From a virus (lineage: Duplodnaviria; Caudoviricetes), in the IMG/VR virus record IMGVR_UViG_3300022666_000200, positions 1-37,007 of that record: a stretch of 37,007 bases of DNA; one strand, 5' to 3'. A program made the translations under genes and the position numbers. This document shows, in pieces, positions 26,277-34,135 of this stretch. The stretch's first letter is position 1, and each line of letters begins with the position of its first letter. The notes beneath the pieces were generated by a model. The model searched no databases, was not told the DNA's origin, and worked only from the letters and a program-made list of their open reading frames with translations.

Positions 26277-26750
26277 GTGAGATACTCCATTTCAGTCTCC
26301 GGGGTGCTGTGTCCGACGGCCGGATATCGGATGGCCATCGCACCGCCGTTTCTACCGAAGCCTCTGCGTCTGTGGTCGTTGTCCATTGGGGCCACCAACG
26401 ACGCGTCGGATATGGCTGCAGATGAGAATCAGGACGTGCTGGTGTTTCGTGCCGGCGTCCAGGCGTTTGATTACCTCCATCGCGACCGAACCGCCGACGT
26501 GCAGATCCTGCAATTGGACAACACCGTGGCCGTGTACGGAACGATCCCAACCGTATCGGTCAGTCCGACCGGGACGCTGAGTTCGGTGGAGCCCGGCGCC
26601 GTGGCCGGTGGTGGACGGCATGTGAGCTATCCATTCATGCGGCGCTGGACTCAGGACATGGCACCAGAGGCCCTGGCGAACCAGATGCTCCTGGTGTGGG
26701 CATCGGCGATCGAGGGTGCCATCACGATCAATGCGGAAGTCGAGGTATGA
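26277..26750 (+). CDS. Small beta-rich tail protein, paralog 2
   Basis: LRLWSLSIG, GGG, APE and QMLLV correspond to segments of paralog 1. Confidence 0.7.
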   Translation: MRYSISVSGVLCPTAGYRMAIAPPFLPKPLRLWSLSIGATNDASDMAADENQDVLVFRAGVQAFDYLHRDRTADVQILQLDNTVAVYGTIPTVSVSPTGTLSSVEPGAVAGGGRHVSYPFMRRWTQDMAPEALANQMLLVWASAIEGAITINAEVEV

Positions 26751-27256
26751 GAACCTACCTTCTGGAAGACAACTTTCCATGCCCGCAGGGCGGGTGCTCA
26801 CCCGTGATCCTGACTCCAATCTGGGGCCTGTTTCCAGGGGCACATCGCATCCGACTGCGTCGCGTCGGCATGATCACAGGCGACGAATACAGCAATACGC
26901 AACTGTACACCGTCACGCACTTCGCGATCTGCATCGCCAGCGGCGCCTCGGCAGGGTTCGGTGATGTCTTCAATGTGGACAACGTCGTTGGCAAGCAGAG
27001 TCCGGACCAGCCGACTCCCTACGGGATGACGTTCAGACGCTTCGCCCAGAATCCTGCCGTGCTCGGCAAGTGGTCGTACACGGGTCAGACGTCGGGCCGC
27101 GGCACCTGGTTGGATTCCGTGTTCGAGTGCGGACCATGGATCCAGTCGCCGCAGATCCTGGTGGTTGGCGTGAGACCACAGAAGCTCCTCGGTTACCTCG
27201 GCGGAATGATCAAGCAGTGGTACCGGGTTCGCGTGGAGTGGGAGGGCCAGCAGTGA
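26747..27256 (+). CDS. Small beta-rich tail protein, paralog 3
   Basis: ATGA coupling. RIRLRRV, NVVGK..P, SGRGTW and QILVV correspond to paralog 1. Confidence 0.7.
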   Translation: MRTYLLEDNFPCPQGGCSPVILTPIWGLFPGAHRIRLRRVGMITGDEYSNTQLYTVTHFAICIASGASAGFGDVFNVDNVVGKQSPDQPTPYGMTFRRFAQNPAVLGKWSYTGQTSGRGTWLDSVFECGPWIQSPQILVVGVRPQKLLGYLGGMIKQWYRVRVEWEGQQ

Positions 27257-28254
27257 GTCGCGCCGCCTGGGCCATAGTCGATGACTTCGGGGAGTGCCGA
27301 TCTCACGTGGTCGAATCGGTTCCCCAGGAGCCGCCTCCGACGCCGCCGTCGCGGGCCTTCCTGGTCTACACACCCTCCGAACCGCCACCAGAGGACCTCC
27401 CGACAGGCTGGATGTTGCTGGAGCCGATCAGCCCTCCCGAGCCGCCACCACCTCCGCCGTCTCGCAGCTTCTTCGTGAAGCCTCCGGAAGAGACGAGTTC
27501 GGTCAATCTCGGCTGGCTGTTCGTCCCGGATACGTTGCCGCCCGAACCGCCGGCAGCACCGCCCAGCCGATACCTGCAACCCGTGATCCAGGGTGAAGCC
27601 GTCCAACGCCGTCAGATCGACATCCGCGGTGTATATCGCATCTTCAATGCTTCTGCCGTTCGATTCCGCCGCGGTGCCACGCCGCCTGCGGAGGGTGACA
27701 CGCCCTACGCCGAAGCCTCCGGTCTCCCGGCCACGCCAACGAACACATTCGCCAACGGGACGTGGTACGTGGCGGCGTCGCGTTTCAACGGGTGCCTCGA
27801 TTCCGGATTCGCCCGTCTCGATTCGTCCGACCGGACGACGATACGTCTGGACGTAAGCGACGACGGTGGCGTACGGGCGGCCCCGGACGGCCCGGGGACG
27901 TTCTACCTCGAGGTCCAGGCCGGCGGCGTCGTCCGCGTGTGTGCCGTCTACCGACAGACGGGAGACCTGCGGGCGACCCAGTGGGCGATCACTTACACGA
28001 CGAACGGGGCAACCCCGGGCGAGGATGCCCCGGACCTGACCCGCGGGATCATCTCGTCTGGCCCGTCTGTTTTGCTCTACGACCTGCCTGCCCAGGAGGA
28101 CGGAACGGTCGTGAAGGTCCGGCTACAGACGAGGCGTAACGACGGGACCGACGGGGATCCATTGTGGGTCTACTCGGACGGGTCCGTGGTGTTGACGGCA
28201 ACGGCAGACGCCGTCGTGACGGACACGCCCCCGGCGGGCGACGAACACGAATAG
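27253..28254 (+). CDS. Tail protein with three N-terminal EPPxxPPSR repeats and C-terminal FN3-like domains
   Basis: GTGA coupling. Repeats lie at about 27320-27570, followed by a beta-rich C-terminus. Confidence 0.7.
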   Translation: MSRAAWAIVDDFGECRSHVVESVPQEPPPTPPSRAFLVYTPSEPPPEDLPTGWMLLEPISPPEPPPPPPSRSFFVKPPEETSSVNLGWLFVPDTLPPEPPAAPPSRYLQPVIQGEAVQRRQIDIRGVYRIFNASAVRFRRGATPPAEGDTPYAEASGLPATPTNTFANGTWYVAASRFNGCLDSGFARLDSSDRTTIRLDVSDDGGVRAAPDGPGTFYLEVQAGGVVRVCAVYRQTGDLRATQWAITYTTNGATPGEDAPDLTRGIISSGPSVLLYDLPAQEDGTVVKVRLQTRRNDGTDGDPLWVYSDGSVVLTATADAVVTDTPPAGDEHE

Positions 28255-28264
28255 GAGTCGTTTC

Positions 28265-29110
28265 ATGGGTCGCGTCATGGTGCCCTACGAGGAAATGGAC
28301 GGCAGCCCCGAAGAGGTGTTCGGCCATGATGAGTTCCGGGCGACGGTCCGGATCATGGTCCCTTGGAACCGGCGATACGACGCCGTCGATGCGATGATGT
28401 ACTCCCGGTATCCGCGGCGGCCGGACTACCCGGCCTTCTGTTGGCACGTCGGCATACAATCGTTCGGCCAGTGCCTCGCCGCCGAAGACGTCGCATCCAT
28501 GACGGCGTTCGACAAGGCGATCCTCACGGCCACCTACTCCACGAAGAACCCGTCGGCGGAGGACCTATACACCGAGGAACTCATCCCAACGATGCGGTTC
28601 CTTACCGAGCCGTCGGAGGGGCTCTACTGGGATGACGGGTCGACGGACAAGATTCCCGTCACCGCGGAACAGGCTCAGGGCCGGCCGATGATGGGAGCTA
28701 TCTATAGGCTGAACCGATTCCTGCTGACCGAGGTTCCCGATTGGACAGACACGTTGCTGGGCAAGACGAACGCGTCGGCCTACACGGTTCGGACACCTGG
28801 CCTTTCACGGACCTACGCTCCGCAGACGCTGGTGTTCCAACAACCAAAGATCAGCCGCGCGTTCAAGGTGGACGGCACGTACAAGTTCAACATAGGGATC
28901 GAGCTCGAATGGAAGCCGAACCGCTGTCCACTCACCGGGAAAGACTACGGGTGGAACTACTTCTGGCGGCCCCGGGTCGGCACGTTTCAACGAATGGTGC
29001 GGTTGACGGGATACACCACCGTCGGCGAGGGCGAGGACTACAGAGAGGTTCCGGATTATGAACCGTACGACCCGTTTCCCCCGGACAACTTCAACCAGAT
29101 ATGGAGTTGA
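28265..29110 (+). CDS. Putative tail-tip (distal tail / hub-like) protein
   Basis: AGGAG RBS, 281 aa, within the tail block. Function is positional inference. Confidence 0.55.
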   Translation: MGRVMVPYEEMDGSPEEVFGHDEFRATVRIMVPWNRRYDAVDAMMYSRYPRRPDYPAFCWHVGIQSFGQCLAAEDVASMTAFDKAILTATYSTKNPSAEDLYTEELIPTMRFLTEPSEGLYWDDGSTDKIPVTAEQAQGRPMMGAIYRLNRFLLTEVPDWTDTLLGKTNASAYTVRTPGLSRTYAPQTLVFQQPKISRAFKVDGTYKFNIGIELEWKPNRCPLTGKDYGWNYFWRPRVGTFQRMVRLTGYTTVGEGEDYREVPDYEPYDPFPPDNFNQIWS

Positions 29111-29754
29111 TCGTGGCCACGCCGATTCCCTTGGTACAACCCGACGACGCGATAACGGCTGACCTGTTCAACGCCATCGCCCGAACCCTCAATGAATTGA
29201 CCGGGGCGACGGACGCAACGAAGCAGCCTCGCGGCCTGGACCGCAACCAGGATGTGATCTGGGCGTGGGTGGTCGAGGACATCGCCGACGGGGCCCTCTG
29301 GGGCAAGATTCGACAGTGGGACGACATACACCACATCCCGATCGGCCCTGAGCTTCGCCTGATCGGGACGGAGGTTTCTCCGTTGCCGGCGTTGGCCAAG
29401 GCGAAGATCGTCGCCGTCCGTCGATTCCGCGACGTCCAGCGGAAGATCGATACGTATCGCTTGGTCAGTGGGGCATCCGGATCGATCAATCAGATAATGG
29501 TGGTCACGACGACACCGGGGGCGGACGACACGACGATCCGCGGGGCCAAGCGTGCCACGGTGACGGTCGACGAGGGCACGCTGATCTTCGGCGTTGAAGG
29601 CGACGAGGTCGAGGTGCTGGTGCTCACCGATCCGTCCGGTGGGAAGGTCAGGGAGTGCAGTCCGCTGCTCGACCTGGGATGCAAGTTCTGGGCGACCCGG
29701 ATTTCGGGTTGGTGGGTCTGCCAGCAGATCCTCCTGGTCGGTAAGGAGTGTTGA
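29101..29754 (+). CDS. Putative tail-tip protein with a Cys-containing C-terminus
   Basis: Overlaps the upstream stop. N-terminal PDDAITADLFNAI; ends with KEC. Confidence 0.6.
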   Translation: MELIVATPIPLVQPDDAITADLFNAIARTLNELTGATDATKQPRGLDRNQDVIWAWVVEDIADGALWGKIRQWDDIHHIPIGPELRLIGTEVSPLPALAKAKIVAVRRFRDVQRKIDTYRLVSGASGSINQIMVVTTTPGADDTTIRGAKRATVTVDEGTLIFGVEGDEVEVLVLTDPSGGKVRECSPLLDLGCKFWATRISGWWVCQQILLVGKEC

Positions 29755-29756
29755 AT

Positions 29757-30014
29757 ATGGACGCGGGCCTCACATGTGGGAATGCCGTCGGGTGCTGTGG
29801 CGATCAGGTGTGTAACGTCTATCGCCAGCCCCTGGCGATGCTCGATTGTTCGCTCTGTTCTCACAACGGAGGCTCGGGGTCGGCGGTGGTATGTCGTCCG
29901 GGTTGCCCGTCGAAGCTCGTCTCTGGCGGCAGGGAGGCGTGTGCGACCCTTGGCAAGAACTGGCCGCAAGGCGACCGGCCGCCCGGTCTTTTGTGCCCAC
30001 GAGGCAGGGCGTGA
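29757..30014 (+). CDS. Small Cys-rich protein (10 Cys in 85 aa)
   Basis: AAGGAG RBS 8 nt before ATG 29757. Its stop overlaps the next GTG. Confidence 0.65.
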   Translation: MDAGLTCGNAVGCCGDQVCNVYRQPLAMLDCSLCSHNGGSGSAVVCRPGCPSKLVSGGREACATLGKNWPQGDRPPGLLCPRGRA

Positions 30015-30559
30015 TATACCGCGACGCGACAACCCGACGGGTCCTGCGCAACAGTGACCGAACGCTGCGGCGGTGCTGCTGCTGCCCGGCCTATGTGCGG
30101 GCGGATTGGGGGCCGATGCTGCACCCGGAGATCAACTGGTTGCCATTGGGGTGTCCGGATCTGATGGGTGGGACACGGCCTGGTGAATCAGGGCGTTGCG
30201 GCTGGGTCACGTTCCTCAACAACCCGCTCGAACTGCCGGTCGTGGCGGGTGCCGAGAGTGATTCGGTTGGGATCCTGTTCGGCTGTGGCGTAGACATCAG
30301 TAACAGGGATTTGTCCTACGCCAGATACTGCGGGTGCGGAACCGGTGATTTCCTGTGGCTGTTCACCGCCTCCACGCGGTTCGAGATGGTCGCAGTGGAC
30401 TCAGACCTGTTAAGAAGGTTCCTGAGCGGCCAGGCCTCGATCACGCTGGCGGGGTTGTATCGGTACTACTACCACTACACCGGAGGTTGGCCCGGGACGT
30501 CCGAGTTCCTCGAAGACCACAACGGAACGGTGACGCTGACGGTGGTCGTCGGGCCGTAA
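30011..30559 (+). CDS. Cys-rich protein with an N-terminal CCCC motif, last gene of the tail block
   Basis: GTGA coupling. RRCCCCP and YCGC motifs. Confidence 0.65.
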   Translation: MIYRDATTRRVLRNSDRTLRRCCCCPAYVRADWGPMLHPEINWLPLGCPDLMGGTRPGESGRCGWVTFLNNPLELPVVAGAESDSVGILFGCGVDISNRDLSYARYCGCGTGDFLWLFTASTRFEMVAVDSDLLRRFLSGQASITLAGLYRYYYHYTGGWPGTSEFLEDHNGTVTLTVVVGP

Positions 30560-30581
30560 ACTGTGCCAATATCTGGCCTCG

Positions 30582-31433
30582 CTATTCCCACCGTATGCGG
30601 AAGGGGTAGTCCCTGTTGCCGGCGTGCGTGAAGATCCGCATGGTCAGAGTCACTTCCGGCGATGTCGGAGACTCCATGAAGGTGAAAGCGAAATCCAGGA
30701 ATTGGTCAGAGAATAGGTTGGTGCGGACAAGGTTGGTGAGCGTGTAGAGGTACTGGCCCGTTGGCGGCACTATCCTGGTCTCATTCAGATCTTCAGATGG
30801 AGCGAACCTAAGGTAATCCTCGGGTGTGATCAGGCTTACTGTAAGGTCACCGGGGGCGAAGGTGCGGCCGGAGCCATTGTGAATCATGCATGAGAACCAT
30901 GTCGATGCCTTCGGGCTTGCGACGACCAAGTCGTTTGACGAGATGTCTTGCCGGTTCACATAGACGTCAAGGTCTATCTTCCCGGCCTGTCCATCCTTCG
31001 TCGGATTCTCCACGCACCAGCGAATTCGTTTGGTCAGCTCCGGCAGCAGGATATCCTTGATCTGCCCCTTGTAGACGATGTGGGGGAAGTGTTTGAGATC
31101 GAACGGAATATCGTCTACCGTTCGCGCCAGCAGGACCGTTTCCTTGCCGAGGGCGTGAGCATAGCCGATCTCGTAGAAGACATTCGCGTTCTGTCCTGTC
31201 ACATCTGCAACGATGAAGTCCGCCTTGGCGATCTGGTTGTAGATCCGCTGCAGAATGGTACCCGTGAAATTCTGTTTGTCCACACGTTCGCAATACGCAC
31301 CTGCCTGCTCACACGCCTTCTTGATGCCAAGCTCGTAGATGTCATTGAACTCCTCTTTAAAGGGCATCAGGACGAAGCAGAAGGGTTTCGGCCTAGTGGT
31401 CATGGATTGTGTTGGTTCTGGCTTGTCGGACAT
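30582..31433 (-). CDS. Nucleoside 2-deoxyribosyltransferase-like / TIR-like domain protein (moron)
   Basis: FCFVLMPF, ERVD, IAKADFIVADVTGQNANVFYEIGYAHALGK and IPFDLKH. GAGGAG RBS. It is the only convincing antisense gene in the prophage. Confidence 0.88.
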   Translation of the reverse strand: MSDKPEPTQSMTTRPKPFCFVLMPFKEEFNDIYELGIKKACEQAGAYCERVDKQNFTGTILQRIYNQIAKADFIVADVTGQNANVFYEIGYAHALGKETVLLARTVDDIPFDLKHFPHIVYKGQIKDILLPELTKRIRWCVENPTKDGQAGKIDLDVYVNRQDISSNDLVVASPKASTWFSCMIHNGSGRTFAPGDLTVSLITPEDYLRFAPSEDLNETRIVPPTGQYLYTLTNLVRTNLFSDQFLDFAFTFMESPTSPEVTLTMRIFTHAGNRDYPFRIRWE

Positions 31434-31491
31434 CGGTCGGCTCGCTCCTCATCTTGCCCATGGTGGAGAAGACGCCTACGTCATTGGCGTC

Positions 31492-31519
31492 AGAATACCC
31501 GTCCCTCAGTTGTGATCAA
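31492..31519 (-). promoter_or_regulatory. Putative sigma70-type promoter of the moron (TTGATC-16-TATTCT)
   Basis: Near-consensus hexamers about 60 nt upstream of the start codon. Confidence 0.45.
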
Positions 31520-31609
31520 GGCCCAATCTCCGCCAAGGAGCATTGATTCGAGGTCATAACCCGCCAGCGATCGCATCCAGACCATTCGCCGAAAATCGCA
31601 GTTGCACTT

Positions 31610-31628
31610 CGTAGCCACGTGGCACAAT
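31610..31628 (+). promoter_or_regulatory. Putative late promoter 3 (CGTAGCCAC-N4-CACAAT) for the lysis-type cassette
   Basis: Third exact copy of the 9-mer, intergenic, with the same spacing to a -10-like hexamer. Confidence 0.65.
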
Positions 31629-31678
31629 GCAGCCTTACAGACAGGACGTCTAAGTGGCATTTCAGAAAGGACAAGCCC

Positions 31679-32509
31679 ATGACCCTGGACAATGTACTGA
31701 GCTTCCTCAAGGACAACGGACCGGCGATCGGAAACTGGTTTCTCTGGATCCTCGGGGCCACTGTTACGATCCTCACGGCCGTGAAGACGTTTCGGCAGGG
31801 GCCGACGCAATCCGCGGCCGATCTCTGGGCGAGCCTCTGGAACGCATTCAAGAGCCTGCCGAAGCCTCCGACGTCGCTGAAGTTGCTGCCCTTCGGATTG
31901 GCCGGCCTGCTCGTGTTCGGGTGTGCATCTCCGTATCAGAAGATGTTGGACACGATCCAAGGCGCCACGGTCGAAACGATCAAAGAGACGGCCAAGAACG
32001 GCCTCGGCCAATATCAGGCCGGAGCCCAAGTCATCAATCCTGGATACGACGTCGAGGTGGGAATCCTGGCCCGATGCTCGGTGAAGATGACGGGCGTCGC
32101 TGGCCAGATTCAATCGTCGGGCCAAGGTTCACGGACACCGATGACCACGCAGGAAGCGGAGACCGCCAACCACGTTATCCGCGATACCTCGATAGCGAAT
32201 CAGGACAAGCGTGACATGCTCAAGGGGGTCGGGCGAGCGATCGCCTCAGGTGCCAGTGCCATCAACGAAGACGTAAGGGACGCCGCTGGCCTGAACAACC
32301 AGGCGTTGACCGATCAGAGCATTCTCGTGATGTGCTACAGGATCATGCTCAGTAGAGAGCTTTCTAGCGAGAACAAGCGTGCAACCGTGTGGAGCTTTGC
32401 TCTGGCCGCCTCTCCGGAAACGAAGCGAGAGATTCAGACGGCACTGAACCAGGTTATCGGAGAGGAAGTGGTGGTCCCTCCGAGTCCGACTACGGCCCCA
32501 GCCCAATGA
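31679..32509 (+). CDS. Membrane protein with an N-terminal TM helix and an internal lipobox-like LLVFGC
   Basis: GAAAGGA RBS. Hydrophobic WFLWILGATVTILTAV and LLPFGLAGLLVFGC segments. Confidence 0.65.
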   Translation: MTLDNVLSFLKDNGPAIGNWFLWILGATVTILTAVKTFRQGPTQSAADLWASLWNAFKSLPKPPTSLKLLPFGLAGLLVFGCASPYQKMLDTIQGATVETIKETAKNGLGQYQAGAQVINPGYDVEVGILARCSVKMTGVAGQIQSSGQGSRTPMTTQEAETANHVIRDTSIANQDKRDMLKGVGRAIASGASAINEDVRDAAGLNNQALTDQSILVMCYRIMLSRELSSENKRATVWSFALAASPETKREIQTALNQVIGEEVVVPPSPTTAPAQ

Positions 32510-32512
32510 CGA

Positions 32513-32887
32513 ATGCGAGGGCTCCGCCTCATGCGACTCTCTGTCTTCCTTCCTCTGACCTTTGCCTTGGGCGTCCCCGGTGGGTGCGTTTCACCAAACA
32601 AGCCCATCGTCGACGCCCAGGTGAAGGCGGACGCGAAGGTAGGGCTCGCGAATTCCACGCAGGAACAACAGACGAGGCAGGGCGGGACATCTGGGGGAGA
32701 CCTCACACAAACCAACAACGACACCGTGCTGCTTCGATCCCTCATCCGATGGAACGGGGTCGTTGACCTCGTGGGGATTGTGTCTGCGGTAGCTGTTATG
32801 GGGTGGCTTGTCTGGATGTTCGGGTACAGGCCCGGGAACTGGCAACGTAAAGAAGCGTGGAGCAACGGGAATGCCCAGCCTAAGTAG
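32513..32887 (+). CDS. Putative lipoprotein with a C-terminal TM helix (u-spanin-like topology)
   Basis: Signal-like MRLSVFLPLTFALGVPGG-C, polar middle, and TM LVGIVSAVAVMGWLVWMFGY. Confidence 0.55.
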   Translation: MRGLRLMRLSVFLPLTFALGVPGGCVSPNKPIVDAQVKADAKVGLANSTQEQQTRQGGTSGGDLTQTNNDTVLLRSLIRWNGVVDLVGIVSAVAVMGWLVWMFGYRPGNWQRKEAWSNGNAQPK

Positions 32888-33191
32888 CATGCTGAAGGGG
32901 TGGCGACAAGCCCTGGCGATACTGATCGTCGGTCTCGGAGGCGGCGCCCTGACGGTGACCGTGGCCGGATTCGGCCTCGATAAGAGAATCGACGTCCAGG
33001 CTACCAAACACGACGGCGATATGAAGGCCAACGACGCTACGCATCGCGCGATCGATGCGACGCTGACACGCATCGACGGGCGCTTGAACGGAATCGAACG
33101 AACTGTGAGCCGAATCGCTGGGAAACTCGGGATCCCCGAAGAGGCCGTGGCGGCCCGCATTGAACCCGTCCGGGCGGAGCCGACTCCATGA
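32871..33191 (+). CDS. Single-TM coiled-coil protein (holin / anti-holin-like)
   Basis: GGAG RBS. TM ALAILIVGLGGGALTVTVAGF, then heptads LTRIDGRLNGIERTVSRI. Confidence 0.55.
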   Translation: MPSLSSMLKGWRQALAILIVGLGGGALTVTVAGFGLDKRIDVQATKHDGDMKANDATHRAIDATLTRIDGRLNGIERTVSRIAGKLGIPEEAVAARIEPVRAEPTP

Positions 33192-33556
33192 AGCACTTCA
33201 TCCTCGCCGCCATGTTCGGACTACTCGGTCAAGTCTCGTTTACGGAGGTGCATTGCGACCGCGTGCAGAGGCCGGGTCTGTCACGAATCAACGGCAAGGT
33301 GACGGATGCCGTAGGAATGCCCATCCCCTATGTGAGGGTGGCAGCGTGCGATCCGAACATGAATCCGGCCACGCCCGACATGCGATACTTGGTCGGACTG
33401 ACCGTCACCGACGCCAATGGCGGATTCGAGTTGTGGGGCCACCCGAACTATCCTCTCACCGTTTGGCCTATCTCGCGTCAACTCTGGCCGTGCGACGACG
33501 GCAACTATCTCATCGGCCCGGCCCCAACGACGCTTTGGATCGAACGAAGTCAGTAG
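33188..33556 (+). CDS. Secreted protein with a carboxypeptidase-regulatory-like beta-sandwich domain
   Basis: Signal peptide MKHFILAAMFGLLG. INGKVTDAVGMPIPYVRV...TVTDANGGFEL. Confidence 0.75.
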   Translation: MKHFILAAMFGLLGQVSFTEVHCDRVQRPGLSRINGKVTDAVGMPIPYVRVAACDPNMNPATPDMRYLVGLTVTDANGGFELWGHPNYPLTVWPISRQLWPCDDGNYLIGPAPTTLWIERSQ

Positions 33557-33566
33557 GTACCGTGTG

Positions 33567-33884
33567 ATGATGTTTCCGGTGAAGTCTGTCTGCCATCGCG
33601 TGCGAGTGTGGCTCATCGCCTGGTGGTGCAGGCTGCGACTTTGGGTGTGGCCGGTTCGTCCCACGCCATCGCTGGGCCTGTTGGCAACCGTGGCCTACGG
33701 CGTCCTGCGTGAGTCTCTTGGTATCGACTACAATGCCCTCCAGGAAGAGGAGCAAGCGCATATCGTGGCATCTATGCAGGCCGTGACCACAGACCGACTC
33801 TCGGACTTCTGCCAGGCCGCCCTGGATGCCGCCCAGGAGATCGTCTGGCGCCACCGAGTTGCCATGACCGCCACCCGGAATTGA
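33567..33884 (+). CDS. Hypothetical protein, last prophage gene
   Basis: ORF follows the previous stop by 10 nt. Trp/Arg-rich N-terminus. Start is uncertain. Confidence 0.5.
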   Translation: MMFPVKSVCHRVRVWLIAWWCRLRLWVWPVRPTPSLGLLATVAYGVLRESLGIDYNALQEEEQAHIVASMQAVTTDRLSDFCQAALDAAQEIVWRHRVAMTATRN

Positions 33885-33885
33885 T

Positions 33886-33905
33886 GTAGCAACCAACGTA
33901 GCAAC
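33886..33905 (+). repeat. Direct repeat GTAGCAAC x2, putative integrase arm-type sites
   Basis: Copies at 33886-33893 and 33898-33905, about 120 bp inside the att core. Confidence 0.5.
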
Positions 33906-34027
33906 GCACGCGCAGACGGTTATCGAGTGAAATCTCATGAAGGGTATTGAAATCCGGAACCCGCAAGCCCATAATGCGTTGCGTCACAACCTACGCTGCC
34001 ATGGGACCTTATGAAACCCCCAGAATC

Positions 34028-34071
34028 GCTTCCCAAGCTGGACGTCGAGGGTTCGAATCCCTTCGCCCGCT
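34028..34071 (+). other. attR core: 3' half of tRNA-Gly(CCC)
   Basis: GCTTCCCAAGCTGGACGTCGAGGGTTCGAATCCCTTCGCCCGCT contains the CCC anticodon loop, T-arm GAGGG-TTCGAAT-CCCTT and 3' acceptor strand. No D-arm or 5' acceptor strand upstream. Confidence 0.9.
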
Positions 34072-34135
34072 GTGCCGCATAGCATCGCTATGCTGTTACT
34101 CGACATCGTCCCAAAGCGCGTTAAAGACCCCCTTT

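Larger units (their letters stand above)
1..34071 (+). mobile_element. Integrated prophage, right portion (Mu-like head genes, sheathless tail, tRNA-Gly att site)
   Basis: Co-oriented, tightly packed replication, packaging, head, tail and lysis-type genes ending at a tRNA 3' fragment, after which genes switch strand and look host-like. The left end is outside the window. Confidence 0.95.

Noticed and set aside
23812-30559. Diversity-generating retroelement or invertible tail-fibre cassette
   Set aside because: No reverse transcriptase or invertase, and I found no near-identical TR/VR pair or flanking inverted repeats by eye.
34000-34075. Intact tRNA-Gly gene
   Set aside because: Only the anticodon loop to the 3' end is present. 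Upstream bases cannot form the D-arm or pair with the acceptor strand.
34077-34093. Hairpin GCATAGC-ATC-GCTATGC as a terminator
   Set aside because: The stem is short with a 3-nt loop and weak U-tract. It may be the host tRNA terminator, but support is too weak to call.
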